Assembly (NCBI GenBank): GCA_963722385.1
Contig: CAVRKK010000002.1
Coordinates: forward strand, 96,001-160,000
Direction: 5' to 3'
From: an uncultured bacterium
GTDB taxonomy: Bacteria > Babelota > Babeliae > Babelales > Babelaceae
DNA length: 64,000 bases
In this document: piece by piece, positions 9,556 through 20,440 of the stretch
Layout of the letters: every line of letters begins with the position of its first letter
Position numbering within the stretch: the stretch's first letter is position 1
Made by a program: the position numbers and the translations under genes
The notes under the pieces: generated by a model
What the model saw: the letters and a program-made list of their open reading frames with translations, nothing else
What the model was told of the DNA's origin: nothing
Database searches by the model: none

Positions 9556-11637
9556 ATGAACACTGTATATTTAGTGCTGATCTTAGTGCTTGGTATTTTT
9601 TCCCCGAGGAGTTTTGCTGGCGGTGAAAATTGGGAGCAAGCATTAGCATCGATGAGAATTGCTTTGGAACCTACCGAGGAAGATGAGAAAAAGCAACAAA
9701 TTCCTTTGGATGAAAAAACCCTTCAGGCAATGTTAGTAAGCTTGGGGATTCAGCAACCTCAAAGACAAGAAATTCATGATGCCTATGATCCCGTGTTGTT
9801 ACAGGCACAGCTTGATATTAGTAGGTCATTCATGAGGGATCATATAAATGCGAAGGATGACGAACTGAGCAACATAGAAGCACTGCAAGGAAGAAGTAGT
9901 AGATTTATCGAAAGCAGGACCTCACCGTCTGTTAGAGATTTGAGTGCGGTTAATATTGCTCAAGAGAATACGGTTTTTAATGAGCTTGGTGATGCCATAG
10001 AAAATATCGAGTGTAGGTCAATGGCTCAAGCTTCTGGGGAAGATACGATAACGATAAATGAATTAACAGATGAAGACTTTGTGTATTTGAATGTTCCCTA
10101 TGATGAAGCCCGGCGACTCCTTACATTTGATATAGGCATGACCATTTTCGAACACAGGGATGGCCATATTATGCTGTGCGGGAGCTGTGATGATCATGAG
10201 TCTTTAAGAGAAAATAAAAACACCAATATTTTTGCTCGACTCTTGAAAGATAACCTAGGTGTTGATGCAGATAATGTTTGTTATAAGGTGCTGTCTCATT
10301 GCCGTTTGCCAAGCCTTTCGACCATTTTTACCGCTATTTCCCAAATCGTAGAGTTGCTTGATAAAAGCAATGACATTCTTGAGAAAGAGATTAAAAGACA
10401 ATGTCAGCTAACACGCAGTCAGACGCGGCTGATCGTTCTCAATAAGCTTCTTAATGATATGCAAAATGATAGAAGACGTTGGCGAAATCTTCAGAATGTT
10501 GTGTTACTTCATCCCAATCTAGCGAATGCCTTTGTAGTTCATAGCATATTGTTGCATCTTATGGATGAGGTTGCTTCTCCTTATAGCAGTCCTATGCTTT
10601 TGTCGCTTAAAGACAAGTCATTTTATGAAAAAATGCTTGGACGTTTAGTTAGTGAGAAGATGTTGTCTATAGCAAAAAAGGAAGGTTACTTTCTCAGGTT
10701 CATGATGGTAATACTGAGGCCGTATGCCAATGTACTGCTATCGCTTTATGAAGTTGAAGACCCCCCATCGAGAGAAGAGCGCATTGACGGCGGTATGGAT
10801 GGCATTATAGAGGAAAATAGACGTCATTTTAGAAATATAGCCATCCAAAGGGAGCGTGAATACGCTGAACAGCTTGAGCGCAATGAACGTGCCAAAAATC
10901 GTGAAAAAGAAAAAGAGAAAGAACGCGAGGATTCTGTTGAGCTCGTAGAATCTTCTTCTGTTCTTACTGATGAGGTTATTGAACGGGTACGTCAACGGCA
11001 AGAAGAGCGAGCACCGAGATCTGTTGGTGATGCCGAGACGTTATCATCAAACAATTGGAAAGAGCATACGAAAGAAAAGCGAGAAAAGCGAGAAAAAGGG
11101 AAAGAAAAAGAACGCAAAAAGGTTGTTCAGGAATTTAAAAAAGAAAATACTAAAAAGAAAGAAAAAAAATTGGCCGCGCAGGATCGAGCGAGCCAACCTA
11201 TACAGGCCCTTTGGCCAACGGAACGCGACCAATTTCAGGAATTTGTGAGGGAAGTAGGCCTTGCTGATCATCCGATCTACCGAGTTCTTGTGGACCCGCG
11301 AGATAGGACTGGCGTTGTTACGCATCGTGATTTAAATATTTTTTTCCAAAAGCTCACTGAGCTTTTAAGAAAGTTCCTGTTACAAACCGATACATATGGT
11401 GCATTACAAATAGATATGTTTGTTCACGAAGTGCTCAACGATTTGCTTGCCACCGAGCATGCGGTTCATGGGACGGGTGATGGCGATGATCTTCCAGATA
11501 ACTATATTACCCATCGGCGCGGCGCCTTAATCTATGCAGGCCTTTTTTCAGTTGATGTGATGAAGAAGGTTGGCAAAGATGGTCGTGGTTATCATCAGAA
11601 GTATCTTTTACGGCTTATGAGAAAAGCGCAAGACTAG
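9556..11637 (+). CDS. Secreted hypothetical protein with charged coiled-coil region
   Basis: 693-aa ORF, AAGGA RBS, signal peptide ending SFA, K/E/R-rich tracts. Confidence 0.8.
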   Translation: MNTVYLVLILVLGIFSPRSFAGGENWEQALASMRIALEPTEEDEKKQQIPLDEKTLQAMLVSLGIQQPQRQEIHDAYDPVLLQAQLDISRSFMRDHINAKDDELSNIEALQGRSSRFIESRTSPSVRDLSAVNIAQENTVFNELGDAIENIECRSMAQASGEDTITINELTDEDFVYLNVPYDEARRLLTFDIGMTIFEHRDGHIMLCGSCDDHESLRENKNTNIFARLLKDNLGVDADNVCYKVLSHCRLPSLSTIFTAISQIVELLDKSNDILEKEIKRQCQLTRSQTRLIVLNKLLNDMQNDRRRWRNLQNVVLLHPNLANAFVVHSILLHLMDEVASPYSSPMLLSLKDKSFYEKMLGRLVSEKMLSIAKKEGYFLRFMMVILRPYANVLLSLYEVEDPPSREERIDGGMDGIIEENRRHFRNIAIQREREYAEQLERNERAKNREKEKEKEREDSVELVESSSVLTDEVIERVRQRQEERAPRSVGDAETLSSNNWKEHTKEKREKREKGKEKERKKVVQEFKKENTKKKEKKLAAQDRASQPIQALWPTERDQFQEFVREVGLADHPIYRVLVDPRDRTGVVTHRDLNIFFQKLTELLRKFLLQTDTYGALQIDMFVHEVLNDLLATEHAVHGTGDGDDLPDNYITHRRGALIYAGLFSVDVMKKVGKDGRGYHQKYLLRLMRKAQD

Positions 11638-11938
11638 GCAACGAACTTTTATTCCTCTTTTTTAGTCCCTGAGCAAAAGAAGCTTTTCCTTGGTCGTTTA
11701 AAAGAGTACTGCGATAAATTCGGCCTAAGCATCGAGGCAGCTTAGGCTATCACCGCTCGCTAAAAAGTGAAGGTGCCAGCAATCTACGCCTTGTTTGCGC
11801 CCGGAGGTGCGAGAGAATGGGCGTTACCAGGTCATCTCTCGAGTAAACAGCAATTTGACAATTTTTATAAATAGACTTATAATTAATTTATAAATTATAA
11901 TTAACTCCAAATAGAAAATAAAACAACGGTGACTTGCT

Positions 11939-13108
11939 ATGTTTATGGGAACTAACAAATTTTTTGTTGCCTGCTTATTGCTGGGTTACAGTTGGGCTGG
12001 CTTGGCGTCTGTAGAAAGTAATCTTAAGACCATTAAAGATATAAGTTCGGTAATTTTGCATACGTCAAAGGTGTATGGGTCTACTGAAGCTACGCTCAAG
12101 AGATATAACCAGCTGCGGTTACTGCTCAAGAAACCGATTGCTGATACCATTGATGATATAGACTTTAGCTGGATAGAGGAAGTAGAACAGGAGGCCTCCC
12201 TGTTATATGAAGAGGAGAGCGCCAAGTTTATGCAAGAGCTCTGGCGGGAATATATGCCGACAGGTAACACGTATAGCTCGGTAGAGGCAGCTAATAATGC
12301 AACCAGGGCGCTTATTAATGAGGCTCGCGAGGCCTTGGGGATCAAAGAAGATCTTATTATGCTTTCGGGGCGGTCATGGGCTATCGCGTCTACGCATGAT
12401 AACAGCTCACCATCGGTTATCTCTCTTGAAATAACCGATAATATTGATAAAGCGCGATATCATGCTTATCATGAACTTTCGCACATCTTTTTCAAGCATA
12501 TGAGAATGCGCTGGGATGCTGGTGAGCATAACCGCTATTCTGTTTATCTTGAAAGGCCAGAATTTCTTAAAGCAACACAACAGGCTGAGCAATATATTAA
12601 GCTTGCCCGTCAAGCGCTTGATTCCAGTACGACCACGGGTGCAAGGATCAAAAAAAAGATAGCCGACAACCCACCTTTTTGGGTACCATCCCCCGGTCGG
12701 CCAAACTATCAAGAGAATCTTTTAAGAATTAACATCGAACGAGAGGCTGATCTCTATGCTTTTGAAAAGCTTTTTGAGCAAGGGCATATAGGCTCTATCT
12801 TATTCGTTATTGATAAATATAGTAGGTTTAAAGTTACTGATTATGGTGAGTCTGATCACCCATCGGCTCTCGAGATGGCGCTTTATGCAAGCGGGTTTTT
12901 GATACAAAAGGGCCTCGATATTAATAAAGAGCTAAAAAGTTGGGAATCGAAGAGCCAGCAAAGCAAGCCTATCGAAATAATAAAATCTAAAGGGGCAGAA
13001 GATCTGCTAAAGGCCTACCATGAGTGGCACCAACCGTCACCAGAAACAAAAAAAGTCAGCCTTGCACAACCAGTTATTGATTTTGGCCAAAAAACGGTAA
13101 TACTTTAG
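11939..13108 (+). CDS. Secreted zinc metallopeptidase (M48/M56-like motifs)
   Basis: Signal peptide; YHELSH (HExxH); EREAD; SDHPS. Confidence 0.75.
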   Translation: MFMGTNKFFVACLLLGYSWAGLASVESNLKTIKDISSVILHTSKVYGSTEATLKRYNQLRLLLKKPIADTIDDIDFSWIEEVEQEASLLYEEESAKFMQELWREYMPTGNTYSSVEAANNATRALINEAREALGIKEDLIMLSGRSWAIASTHDNSSPSVISLEITDNIDKARYHAYHELSHIFFKHMRMRWDAGEHNRYSVYLERPEFLKATQQAEQYIKLARQALDSSTTTGARIKKKIADNPPFWVPSPGRPNYQENLLRINIEREADLYAFEKLFEQGHIGSILFVIDKYSRFKVTDYGESDHPSALEMALYASGFLIQKGLDINKELKSWESKSQQSKPIEIIKSKGAEDLLKAYHEWHQPSPETKKVSLAQPVIDFGQKTVIL

Positions 13109-13184
13109 CGCCAAACCTTGGCTGGCACATCGTGAGATGCAATTGGTTGCTTATTGGCTATTGCTGCTTTGCCAAATTTCGTTA

Positions 13185-13227
13185 AGATAAGAACTGAGTG
13201 GCTGCTAAAGCCACTCAGTTCTTATCT
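13185..13227. terminator. 19-bp perfect hairpin, probable terminator
   Basis: agataagaactgagtggct-gctaa-agccactcagttcttatct downstream of the 11939-13108 gene. Confidence 0.65.
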
Positions 13228-13283
13228 ATTTTCTATGACACGAATCACTTATGCCAGAAATTACTTTATGATTGGTTGCAGAC

Positions 13284-13835
13284 ATGAAAATTGCTGATAA
13301 AAAAAATTCGGAATATCTCAAGGCGTCACGGCTCGATACACCGCTTGGTCCCATGGTAGCAGTAGCAGATGAGGAAGCGCTTTATCTTTTGGAATTTAGC
13401 GACGGGCCTGGGCTTAAGAGCGAAATTGAGCGTTTAAGACAAAAAACAACCGCAACAATCATTGCTGGTTATACGCCACCACTTCATTCAATTAAAAGCG
13501 AGCTAAGCCTCTATTTTGACGGCATGTTGACGGAGTTTAAAACACCATTGTTTCTCTCTGGCTCAGGTTTCCAGAAAAACGTTTGGGAAGAGTTAAGAAA
13601 GATCCCTTTTGGACAAACAAGACCTTACGCAGCCATAGCTGCGAGGATTGGCAAGCCTTCGGCTTTTAGGGCTGTCGCTCAGGCAAATGGTGCGAACCAG
13701 CTTGCCATTGTTATACCCTGCCATCGTGTCATAAACTCAAATGGCGGCAAGGGTGGCTATAGAGCTGGCTTGGAGCGGAAAAAATGGCTCATTAATCATG
13801 AAAAATCCACCACTCCTGTCGAGTATGTGATTTAA
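13284..13835 (+). CDS. ogt: Methylated-DNA--protein-cysteine methyltransferase
   Basis: TPLG, FQ..VW..L..IPFG, RAVA.ANG.N and the IPCHRV active site. Confidence 0.95.
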   Translation: MKIADKKNSEYLKASRLDTPLGPMVAVADEEALYLLEFSDGPGLKSEIERLRQKTTATIIAGYTPPLHSIKSELSLYFDGMLTEFKTPLFLSGSGFQKNVWEELRKIPFGQTRPYAAIAARIGKPSAFRAVAQANGANQLAIVIPCHRVINSNGGKGGYRAGLERKKWLINHEKSTTPVEYVI

Positions 13836-14015
13836 CTTCTGCGTTACACGGCTTATCTTCTCAGCAGGAGCAATTGAATTCTACCAGAATCTTGTTCCGT
13901 CGAGAGCTCAAAATTCCGCATAATGCTTCGAGCATGAATAGCGGCATTGAAACACCTGGCTTAATATTACTAAATATGCTATTTTTAGATGCTCGTTATA
14001 CAAAGGTCTTGACGT

Positions 14016-16298
14016 ATGTACGATTCAAAATGGCTTAGTCTTGTTTTTAGCGTTTGTATAGTTCCCGGTCTATTTCCTTCCTGGACAAGAGAAAAAAATC
14101 AAAATCAGCTACATCTTGAGCAAGAATATTATGCAACCTGGTCCTACGAAAATTGGAAAGAAGCTCTTCAGCAATCATGGACAACGGAAGGCATCATTAC
14201 TTTATCTGCGCAAGTATCTCATTTGGTATATCTTCTAGATTTTAACATAAGCGCTTTAAAAAAAGACGAAAATAATACATTTTATCGGAATTCAGCATGG
14301 TGTGCGTACAATGCACTAAGAGAAATGCTTGATTTTCCTTTTATATCTACCTTAGACCAAATAGACGATGACTGGGTTAATAATCAAGCTTATATATTTT
14401 GGAAAGAAGAAAAAACCAATGCCGGCAAACAACAAAATAGCAATTCCTTATCGCACCAGCGGTATGAAATCGCGTGGTTTACCGAGCACCATCTTAGTAA
14501 ATTACGCCAAGAACCCCTAAGTATATATGATCGTAGGCAAGCTCTGCATGGTTATAATTTCTTAAAAGAGCTCCAAGGCCTTCCTGGTAATGCTCAAGAT
14601 TTAGAAGATATAGATAGCCAATGGCTTGATGAGCAAGCGTATGTTTCTTGGAAAGATCACCTACAAAAAGAATGGTCCAGCAATAAGATTGACGAGTTTA
14701 CAAAACAAATAAACAATATTTTGCTACGGCGAAGTCGAGCTTTAGATGACTTAAAAAGCCCCGACAAGATGTATACTCAAAAAGTGGAATTATATAGTTA
14801 TAACTTTGTAAGAGAATTACTTCATTTGGAAGTAGCTAAAAGCTATGTGGATGTAGATCAGGACTGGCTTAAAGAGGTCCAAAATGAGACGAATCTTTAC
14901 AGCTACATTGAACGATTAAACCGTGAACTACCTACCATAAATCAAAAGGAACTTTTAGCAGAGGCGCGAGAACTATTACATTTAGAGGATGATATTATCT
15001 TATTAAGCTGTAAGGGTAAAGGCAGTTGGGCTCGAGCACCGAATTATCTTACTTTAACAACAGATCCTGATCTTAATCGACAGTATTATTACCTTTACCA
15101 TGAGCTTGGCCATATTATCTACAAAGATATTTTTCACCATGTCGATAGTAATACAAGTGAGGCAGATATCGACTCTTGGATAACTGATCCTCTCTTTACC
15201 AAAAGCTTCCAAGACATCGAGGAATATATAAAAATAGGCAAAAAGGCATTTGATAGTACAACATTCTTAGGTAAAACTATTAATGATATATTAACTCAGC
15301 AGTTGCTTTTATGGGCACCACCTGCTCGTCAAAAAATATATACGAGAACGCTCTACCTTAGAGGGTGCGAGCAGAGAGCTGACCTGTTTGCTTGCCAAAA
15401 GCTTTTAGAACAAGGAAAACTTGATTCCCTCTTAGCAACAATTTCCGAATTCGCGTTATCAAACTATATTACTGCCTATGAAAATAAAGATGATCATCCT
15501 TCACACTTCGAACGTGCGCTCTATATGTCTGGCTTTCTTGTTGTACATGGCATAGATATCAACCAAGCATTCAAAGAGTGGTATGAAAAAAAACAGGATA
15601 CTTACCCTCAGTTAGTTCCACGTAGCGCACCTTCGACCAAAAATGACGGTGCTCATGACTTTTTGAAAGCATATGATATTTGGCGCATCAACGTTGAAAA
15701 ACAAAATTACGAGCAATGGAAGTCAAATATAATGGCAAGATGGCAAACCGAGGGTATATTAGAATTTTATGAAAAAATAAGCACACTTGATGCATTTATT
15801 GTTCAACAATGCCGACTTGCTAAAGTTGAGCACGAAAAAGTTATTGAGAAACCAGGGGGACATGAGAAACAGGCTCTTTATGCTTACAATTTTTTTCGTG
15901 AGCTTCTCGAGCAAGATACGATTAAAAGCTTTGTAGATATTAATTTTGAATGGATAAAAGCGGAACAGTATAAAATTTGGAAAGGCCTTCTATTAGATAC
16001 TTTTAACCAACAAAAAATAATTACCTTATCGGCGCGAATTACGTTCTTAGTCAAAAAGCTTGATTCTCACTTTGACCAGCTTGAATACAATAATATATCA
16101 GCGTATTATCATGAGCAAGAGGCTCTCTTTTGCTATAACTTGCTGAGAGAAATCCTGCAATGTGACCAGATATGGTCAATAGATGGAGTCGATTATGACT
16201 GGCTAAGGCAGCAAAGGATGGCCTATGGTGAAAAAAGAGCTTTTCTTACAAAACTTCTCCAAAAAATCAACATCATATATCGAAAGTGGATGATTTAA
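14016..16298 (+). CDS. Secreted repeat-containing zinc metallopeptidase, paralogue of 11939-13108
   Basis: YHELGH, EQRAD, DDHPS, plus five copies of a YNxxRExL...D.D..W repeat. Confidence 0.75.
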   Translation: MYDSKWLSLVFSVCIVPGLFPSWTREKNQNQLHLEQEYYATWSYENWKEALQQSWTTEGIITLSAQVSHLVYLLDFNISALKKDENNTFYRNSAWCAYNALREMLDFPFISTLDQIDDDWVNNQAYIFWKEEKTNAGKQQNSNSLSHQRYEIAWFTEHHLSKLRQEPLSIYDRRQALHGYNFLKELQGLPGNAQDLEDIDSQWLDEQAYVSWKDHLQKEWSSNKIDEFTKQINNILLRRSRALDDLKSPDKMYTQKVELYSYNFVRELLHLEVAKSYVDVDQDWLKEVQNETNLYSYIERLNRELPTINQKELLAEARELLHLEDDIILLSCKGKGSWARAPNYLTLTTDPDLNRQYYYLYHELGHIIYKDIFHHVDSNTSEADIDSWITDPLFTKSFQDIEEYIKIGKKAFDSTTFLGKTINDILTQQLLLWAPPARQKIYTRTLYLRGCEQRADLFACQKLLEQGKLDSLLATISEFALSNYITAYENKDDHPSHFERALYMSGFLVVHGIDINQAFKEWYEKKQDTYPQLVPRSAPSTKNDGAHDFLKAYDIWRINVEKQNYEQWKSNIMARWQTEGILEFYEKISTLDAFIVQQCRLAKVEHEKVIEKPGGHEKQALYAYNFFRELLEQDTIKSFVDINFEWIKAEQYKIWKGLLLDTFNQQKIITLSARITFLVKKLDSHFDQLEYNNISAYYHEQEALFCYNLLREILQCDQIWSIDGVDYDWLRQQRMAYGEKRAFLTKLLQKINIIYRKWMI

Positions 16299-16347
16299 TA
16301 CTCTCTTGAGTAGGTTTGACCCGTCAAGATAAGCCAGCAAGGAAAAT

Positions 16348-17391
16348 ATGAAAAAGTATATCGACTTACGCAGTGATACGGTTACAAAGCCTACTTCTCC
16401 AATGCTTAATATGATGATGAGCGCTGAGGTGGGTGACGATGTTTTTGCCGATGACCCAACCGTAAATGCATTGGAAGTTATAGCTGCAGAGATACTTGGC
16501 AAAGAAACTGCCGTGCTAGCACCGAGCGGTACACAATCAAACCTTATGGGTTTTATGGCGCATTGTCAGCGTGGCGATGAATATATTGTTGGACAGCAAG
16601 CGCACACCTTCAAATGGGAAGGTGGCGGAGCAGCCGTGTTGGGAAGCATTCAGCCGCAGCCGTTAGATTTTGAGCCAGATGGCACGCTTTCACTTAAAAA
16701 AGTTAAAGAATATATCAAGCCAATCGATTATCATCATGCCAAAACGAGGCTTTTGTGCATAGAAAATACCCAGTCAGGCAAAGCTTTACCAATGAGCTAT
16801 CTGAGGGACGTGCATGACTTTTGCAAGCTTACGGGCTTATCATCACATCTTGATGGAGCGCGCTTGTTTAATGCTGCAATACATCATAACGTGGGCGCCC
16901 AAGAGATTGCTCAGCATTTTGACACGGTTTCTATTTGTCTATCAAAGGGATTAGGAGCCCTATCGGGTCGGTACTCTGCGGTCCGCGCGAGCTTATAGAG
17001 AGCGCACGCCGATGGCGCAAAGTTCTTGGTGGAGGTATGCGCCAAGCCGGCATTCTTGCTGCAGCTGGGATATATGCTCTTAAGCATAATATTCAAAGGT
17101 TGTCTGAAGACCATGCCAATGCAGCTCTCCTTGCTCAAGGGTTGCATGAGATAAGCGAAATTCAACATGTTTCCCATCACACCAATATGGTATTTATTCA
17201 ATTATCAGAATCACGTAAGGCCTTTAAAAGAGTATCTTAAAGAAAAAGGGATTATAATCTTAGCAGGCTTTGACACAAGATTAGTGACTCACTTGGATAT
17301 TGATGAAAAGGATATACGTCGTGTTATCCAAGAGTTTAAAAACTTTTGGATAACACGACGTACTAAAATTTGTGGGCTTTCTCCAAATTAA
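16348..17391 (+). pseudogene. ltaE: Low-specificity L-threonine aldolase, two frameshifts
   Basis: DLRSDTVT, HLDGARLFNA, CLSKGLGA|PIGS, GGGMRQAG and RLVTHLD are spread over three frames (shifts near 16960 and 17210). Confidence 0.9.
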
Positions 17392-17405
17392 TTCTGAGAA
17401 TGCGC

Positions 17406-18152
17406 TTATATAGTGTGTAGTGCTGGGCAAACGTTTGGCTGGATTCCAAGAGCATGCTCAATAAAATAAGCGAAATCGTGCTCTCTCCATTTTTCATGAA
17501 AAGCCTCTTCCATTTTTTCGATTTGAGTGATTAACTCTGGAAGCGCTTTTCTTGCTTTGTTAAGCAAATCTAAGAAATCCTTTGCTCTCTTTTCATCGGA
17601 CTCTACTTGCTTGAGGAGATTTTCCGCTCTCATGACATGACCCTCAGCTCTCGCAGCCTGCCATTTTCTATAGACCGCTAGGAAACAGGTCGTTAACCCA
17701 GTCGCCAGACCCAATATTTTGGTATCAAGCCTGTCATTATGTCGATACATTCCAATAACTGTTCCTATAAAACTCGTGAGCGCTGTCGCGCTGAGCAAGT
17801 AATACATATATGAAGACTGCTCGAGTATGTCATAAGATTCCCGTATTATGTCAGAAGACTCCTTACGCCCATGGGAAGCTTCTTCTATTATTTTAAAGGC
17901 CTCTTTGCTTTTTTCTGGGGATTCTTTTTCGACTTTTGCTAAAAGCTCTTGAGCTCTTTCTCGGGTTTCCTGCAAAAGATCTTTGACTTCCTTAATTTTT
18001 TCTTTATTATCTTCTTTCTTACCTTGAATTTGTTGAATTTCTTCTTGAATCATTTCCAGCTTGGTAATTAATTCATCGGATATATCTACTGCTTGCGTTA
18101 TAGCTGCGGGGAACAGTAACAAGCACATTAAATATTGTATTCCTAATTTCAT
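17406..18152 (-). CDS. Secreted/membrane coiled-coil protein with two central hydrophobic helices
   Basis: Signal peptide ending TQA, long E/K coiled coil, two TM segments, second coiled coil. Confidence 0.75.
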   Translation of the reverse strand: MKLGIQYLMCLLLFPAAITQAVDISDELITKLEMIQEEIQQIQGKKEDNKEKIKEVKDLLQETRERAQELLAKVEKESPEKSKEAFKIIEEASHGRKESSDIIRESYDILEQSSYMYYLLSATALTSFIGTVIGMYRHNDRLDTKILGLATGLTTCFLAVYRKWQAARAEGHVMRAENLLKQVESDEKRAKDFLDLLNKARKALPELITQIEKMEEAFHEKWREHDFAYFIEHALGIQPNVCPALHTI

Positions 18153-18413
18153 AGTAGTCCTTTCATTTAGCAATCAATCATAAATTATACTATATAATAA
18201 AAGTATTAAAATGCCAATGCTTTTCCTTGGCGTTTTAATACTAAAATATACCAGTTTCGGTATACCTTAGTATTATATTATTTCTAAAAGCAATTTTTCA
18301 AGGGTTTTGTTTTGAGATTTGGCGCGTCATACTGGCCTATTAAGACGCATAACGTTTATTGACCAGATTGAAAAGAGGGTAAAGTTGTATCTGTTTTGCT
18401 CACGGATCGAGTT

Positions 18414-19064
18414 TTACATGTTCAGAAATTGCCATTCATGAGCAAGATATTGCTGAGTAGAAGGATAAGCTTGATATTCCCGCGATGAATGAGCCGATTG
18501 TCCATTGTTACCAAAAGAGCCCCGTTGATTGATCTCATTGAGAAGAGTATTTAGTTGAGTTGATGCATACGAATAGTAATAGTAGGCAAAAATAGCATCT
18601 AACCAACACTTTAAGCCAAATAAACAGCACCTAGACGTTTCGCAAGGATCAGTAGTACAGCAAGGAGCATTAACGTCGATCTCTCTGACTCCAAAGGCCT
18701 CCCTATATGCCTGCTTGAGACCAATGTTGACGACAGAAATATATTTCGATAGTTTGCCTAACTCAGCTATCTTGTTAACAAGCAAATGGGCTACCTCACT
18801 CTGCTGAGCAGGGGCAGACTCGATGTCCGGCATTTGCGCTCGTATCTTTGTTATGACTTCATCAAGCTGAATACAAGCATCATCATGCCATGGTTTGGCA
18901 TTTGGTAGAAGGTTTAGTAAACTTTCTATGCTATCACTTTCAGCAAGTTGCTCGTTGTTTTCAATCGAAGGTCGAGTTCTTTGTCGGCATTCCATCAAAT
19001 ACAATGTATTGGTGAATGAAGTAACCGTTACTATAAAAAGCACATAACGCGTTAGTTGAATCAT
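18414..19064 (-). CDS. Secreted hypothetical protein with a Cys-rich patch
   Basis: GGAGG RBS before ATG 19064; signal peptide ending LYLME; PCCTTDPCETSRCC. Confidence 0.7.
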   Translation of the reverse strand: MIQLTRYVLFIVTVTSFTNTLYLMECRQRTRPSIENNEQLAESDSIESLLNLLPNAKPWHDDACIQLDEVITKIRAQMPDIESAPAQQSEVAHLLVNKIAELGKLSKYISVVNIGLKQAYREAFGVREIDVNAPCCTTDPCETSRCCLFGLKCWLDAIFAYYYYSYASTQLNTLLNEINQRGSFGNNGQSAHSSREYQAYPSTQQYLAHEWQFLNM

Positions 19065-19211
19065 TTGACAACTACCTCCCAAGTTAATTACTGCTATTGT
19101 AGCAATATCGCTCAATTATGTCACGGGAGGCGTTCTGGTACATTCACTGGACATAATCGACTTCAGGCTTGTTCTAAAATAGCCGTACTTATATCTGAAG
19201 GTAATATCTCT

Positions 19212-19709
19212 CTAAACTTTATGAATGCTGGTTTGTAAAAGATAGGGCTTTATACACAGGGATGTTTGCTCAGTAGATTGAAAAACAACGTGGAAGGGCG
19301 TTGGATTTCTTATGAGAGCACCGTAATGCTGGCCATGTGCCCATGCATCAGCTGTCTTCTGGAGAAGCGTAATAAGGACTTTTTTATCGTGTGGCGCTGC
19401 ATCAAGGACTTTATCAAAATGTTTAATAATAACCACATAGGCGGGAGCAGGAAGCCACTGTAAATCATTGAGACATTCATCAAATGCCTCCCAATTATGA
19501 CCAAAATAAGAGGGAAAGGCCATAACCGCTGCCCATTCATCAAATAAAGCGTCTTTTGTCTTACAATGTAAGCCATTAATAAGCTTTACCAGGGGTTGAA
19601 CGGGATTTTCCTTAAGAAGCCTACGAAGTTGATTGAGCTCGCGAGCACCACCTTTCAAAACATGCAGAAAGGGAGGACATAAGCAGGTAAGACATTTACT
19701 ATATTCCAC
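19212..19709 (-). CDS. Barstar-family ribonuclease inhibitor
   Basis: FPSYFGHNWEAFDECLNDLQW motif; directly downstream of an RNase gene. Confidence 0.9.
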   Translation of the reverse strand: MEYSKCLTCLCPPFLHVLKGGARELNQLRRLLKENPVQPLVKLINGLHCKTKDALFDEWAAVMAFPSYFGHNWEAFDECLNDLQWLPAPAYVVIIKHFDKVLDAAPHDKKVLITLLQKTADAWAHGQHYGALIRNPTPFHVVFQSTEQTSLCIKPYLLQTSIHKV

Positions 19710-19722
19710 AAGCGACCCCTTG

Positions 19723-19977
19723 CTATTTAAGTTTTATAAACGTTTTGTAATGGTCAAAAGTATACCAGGCGGAGCCGTCATTTGCTCGTATCAAACGTTC
19801 GGCCCCTCGATTTTTGCCAGGTACGAAAGGATGAACGTCATACTCTTGATAGCGGCCAGACGAAGGCAAGACTACATCATAGTTGCCAAAGGTTCGACCA
19901 CCTACATACCCTGGCGGTGGGGTCCCATTATGCAGTTCAATCTGATGCAAGACTGAAAAAACATATTCCGGTACCAT
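19723..19977 (-). CDS. Ribonuclease N1/Sa/barnase-family domain; upstream leader region (to ~20336) appears decayed
   Basis: GGRTFGN, YQEYDV, RGAERL and YTFDHY, so catalytic E, R and H are present. Confidence 0.9.
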   Translation of the reverse strand: MVPEYVFSVLHQIELHNGTPPPGYVGGRTFGNYDVVLPSSGRYQEYDVHPFVPGKNRGAERLIRANDGSAWYTFDHYKTFIKLK

Positions 19978-20440
19978 TTTGCTCTGGTCGTCAATCGTTA
20001 GATGATTTGCTTGCGTGCTTGGAAGACGCCACCATGACGGCCGCTTCTTATGGTGTCGCTTCTTTTTCCAAGGCTTGTTTCCAAGATGATAGCATATCTC
20101 AAGGCTACGTCAATCAAGCCGGTCGCGTGAAGGGAACATCTTTTAATTATCAAAGTATTGTGTTTCAGGTAATTTTTACGACCTTGGCGAACACATACTT
20201 AGGAAGATTTAAAATAAACGCTATTGACAACACTCTTAATTCAGCGGGGATATAGCGCACTTCTTGCCCCATAAATAACCGATCCACAGCAAGGGACAAA
20301 TAAGAACGGCGAAAACAATATGTTATACGTCTTCATAGACCTATCCTGTTTAAACTACTTCTATTATGTTATTAAATACTAATTTAGCAAAAAATTAAAT
20401 TTTCAAGCAGAGTCTTGTATTTGATAGTATGTTAAAATAA

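Noticed and set aside
19782..20255. 157-aa plus-strand ORF
   Set aside because: Antisense to the RNase gene, with no recognisable motif or RBS.
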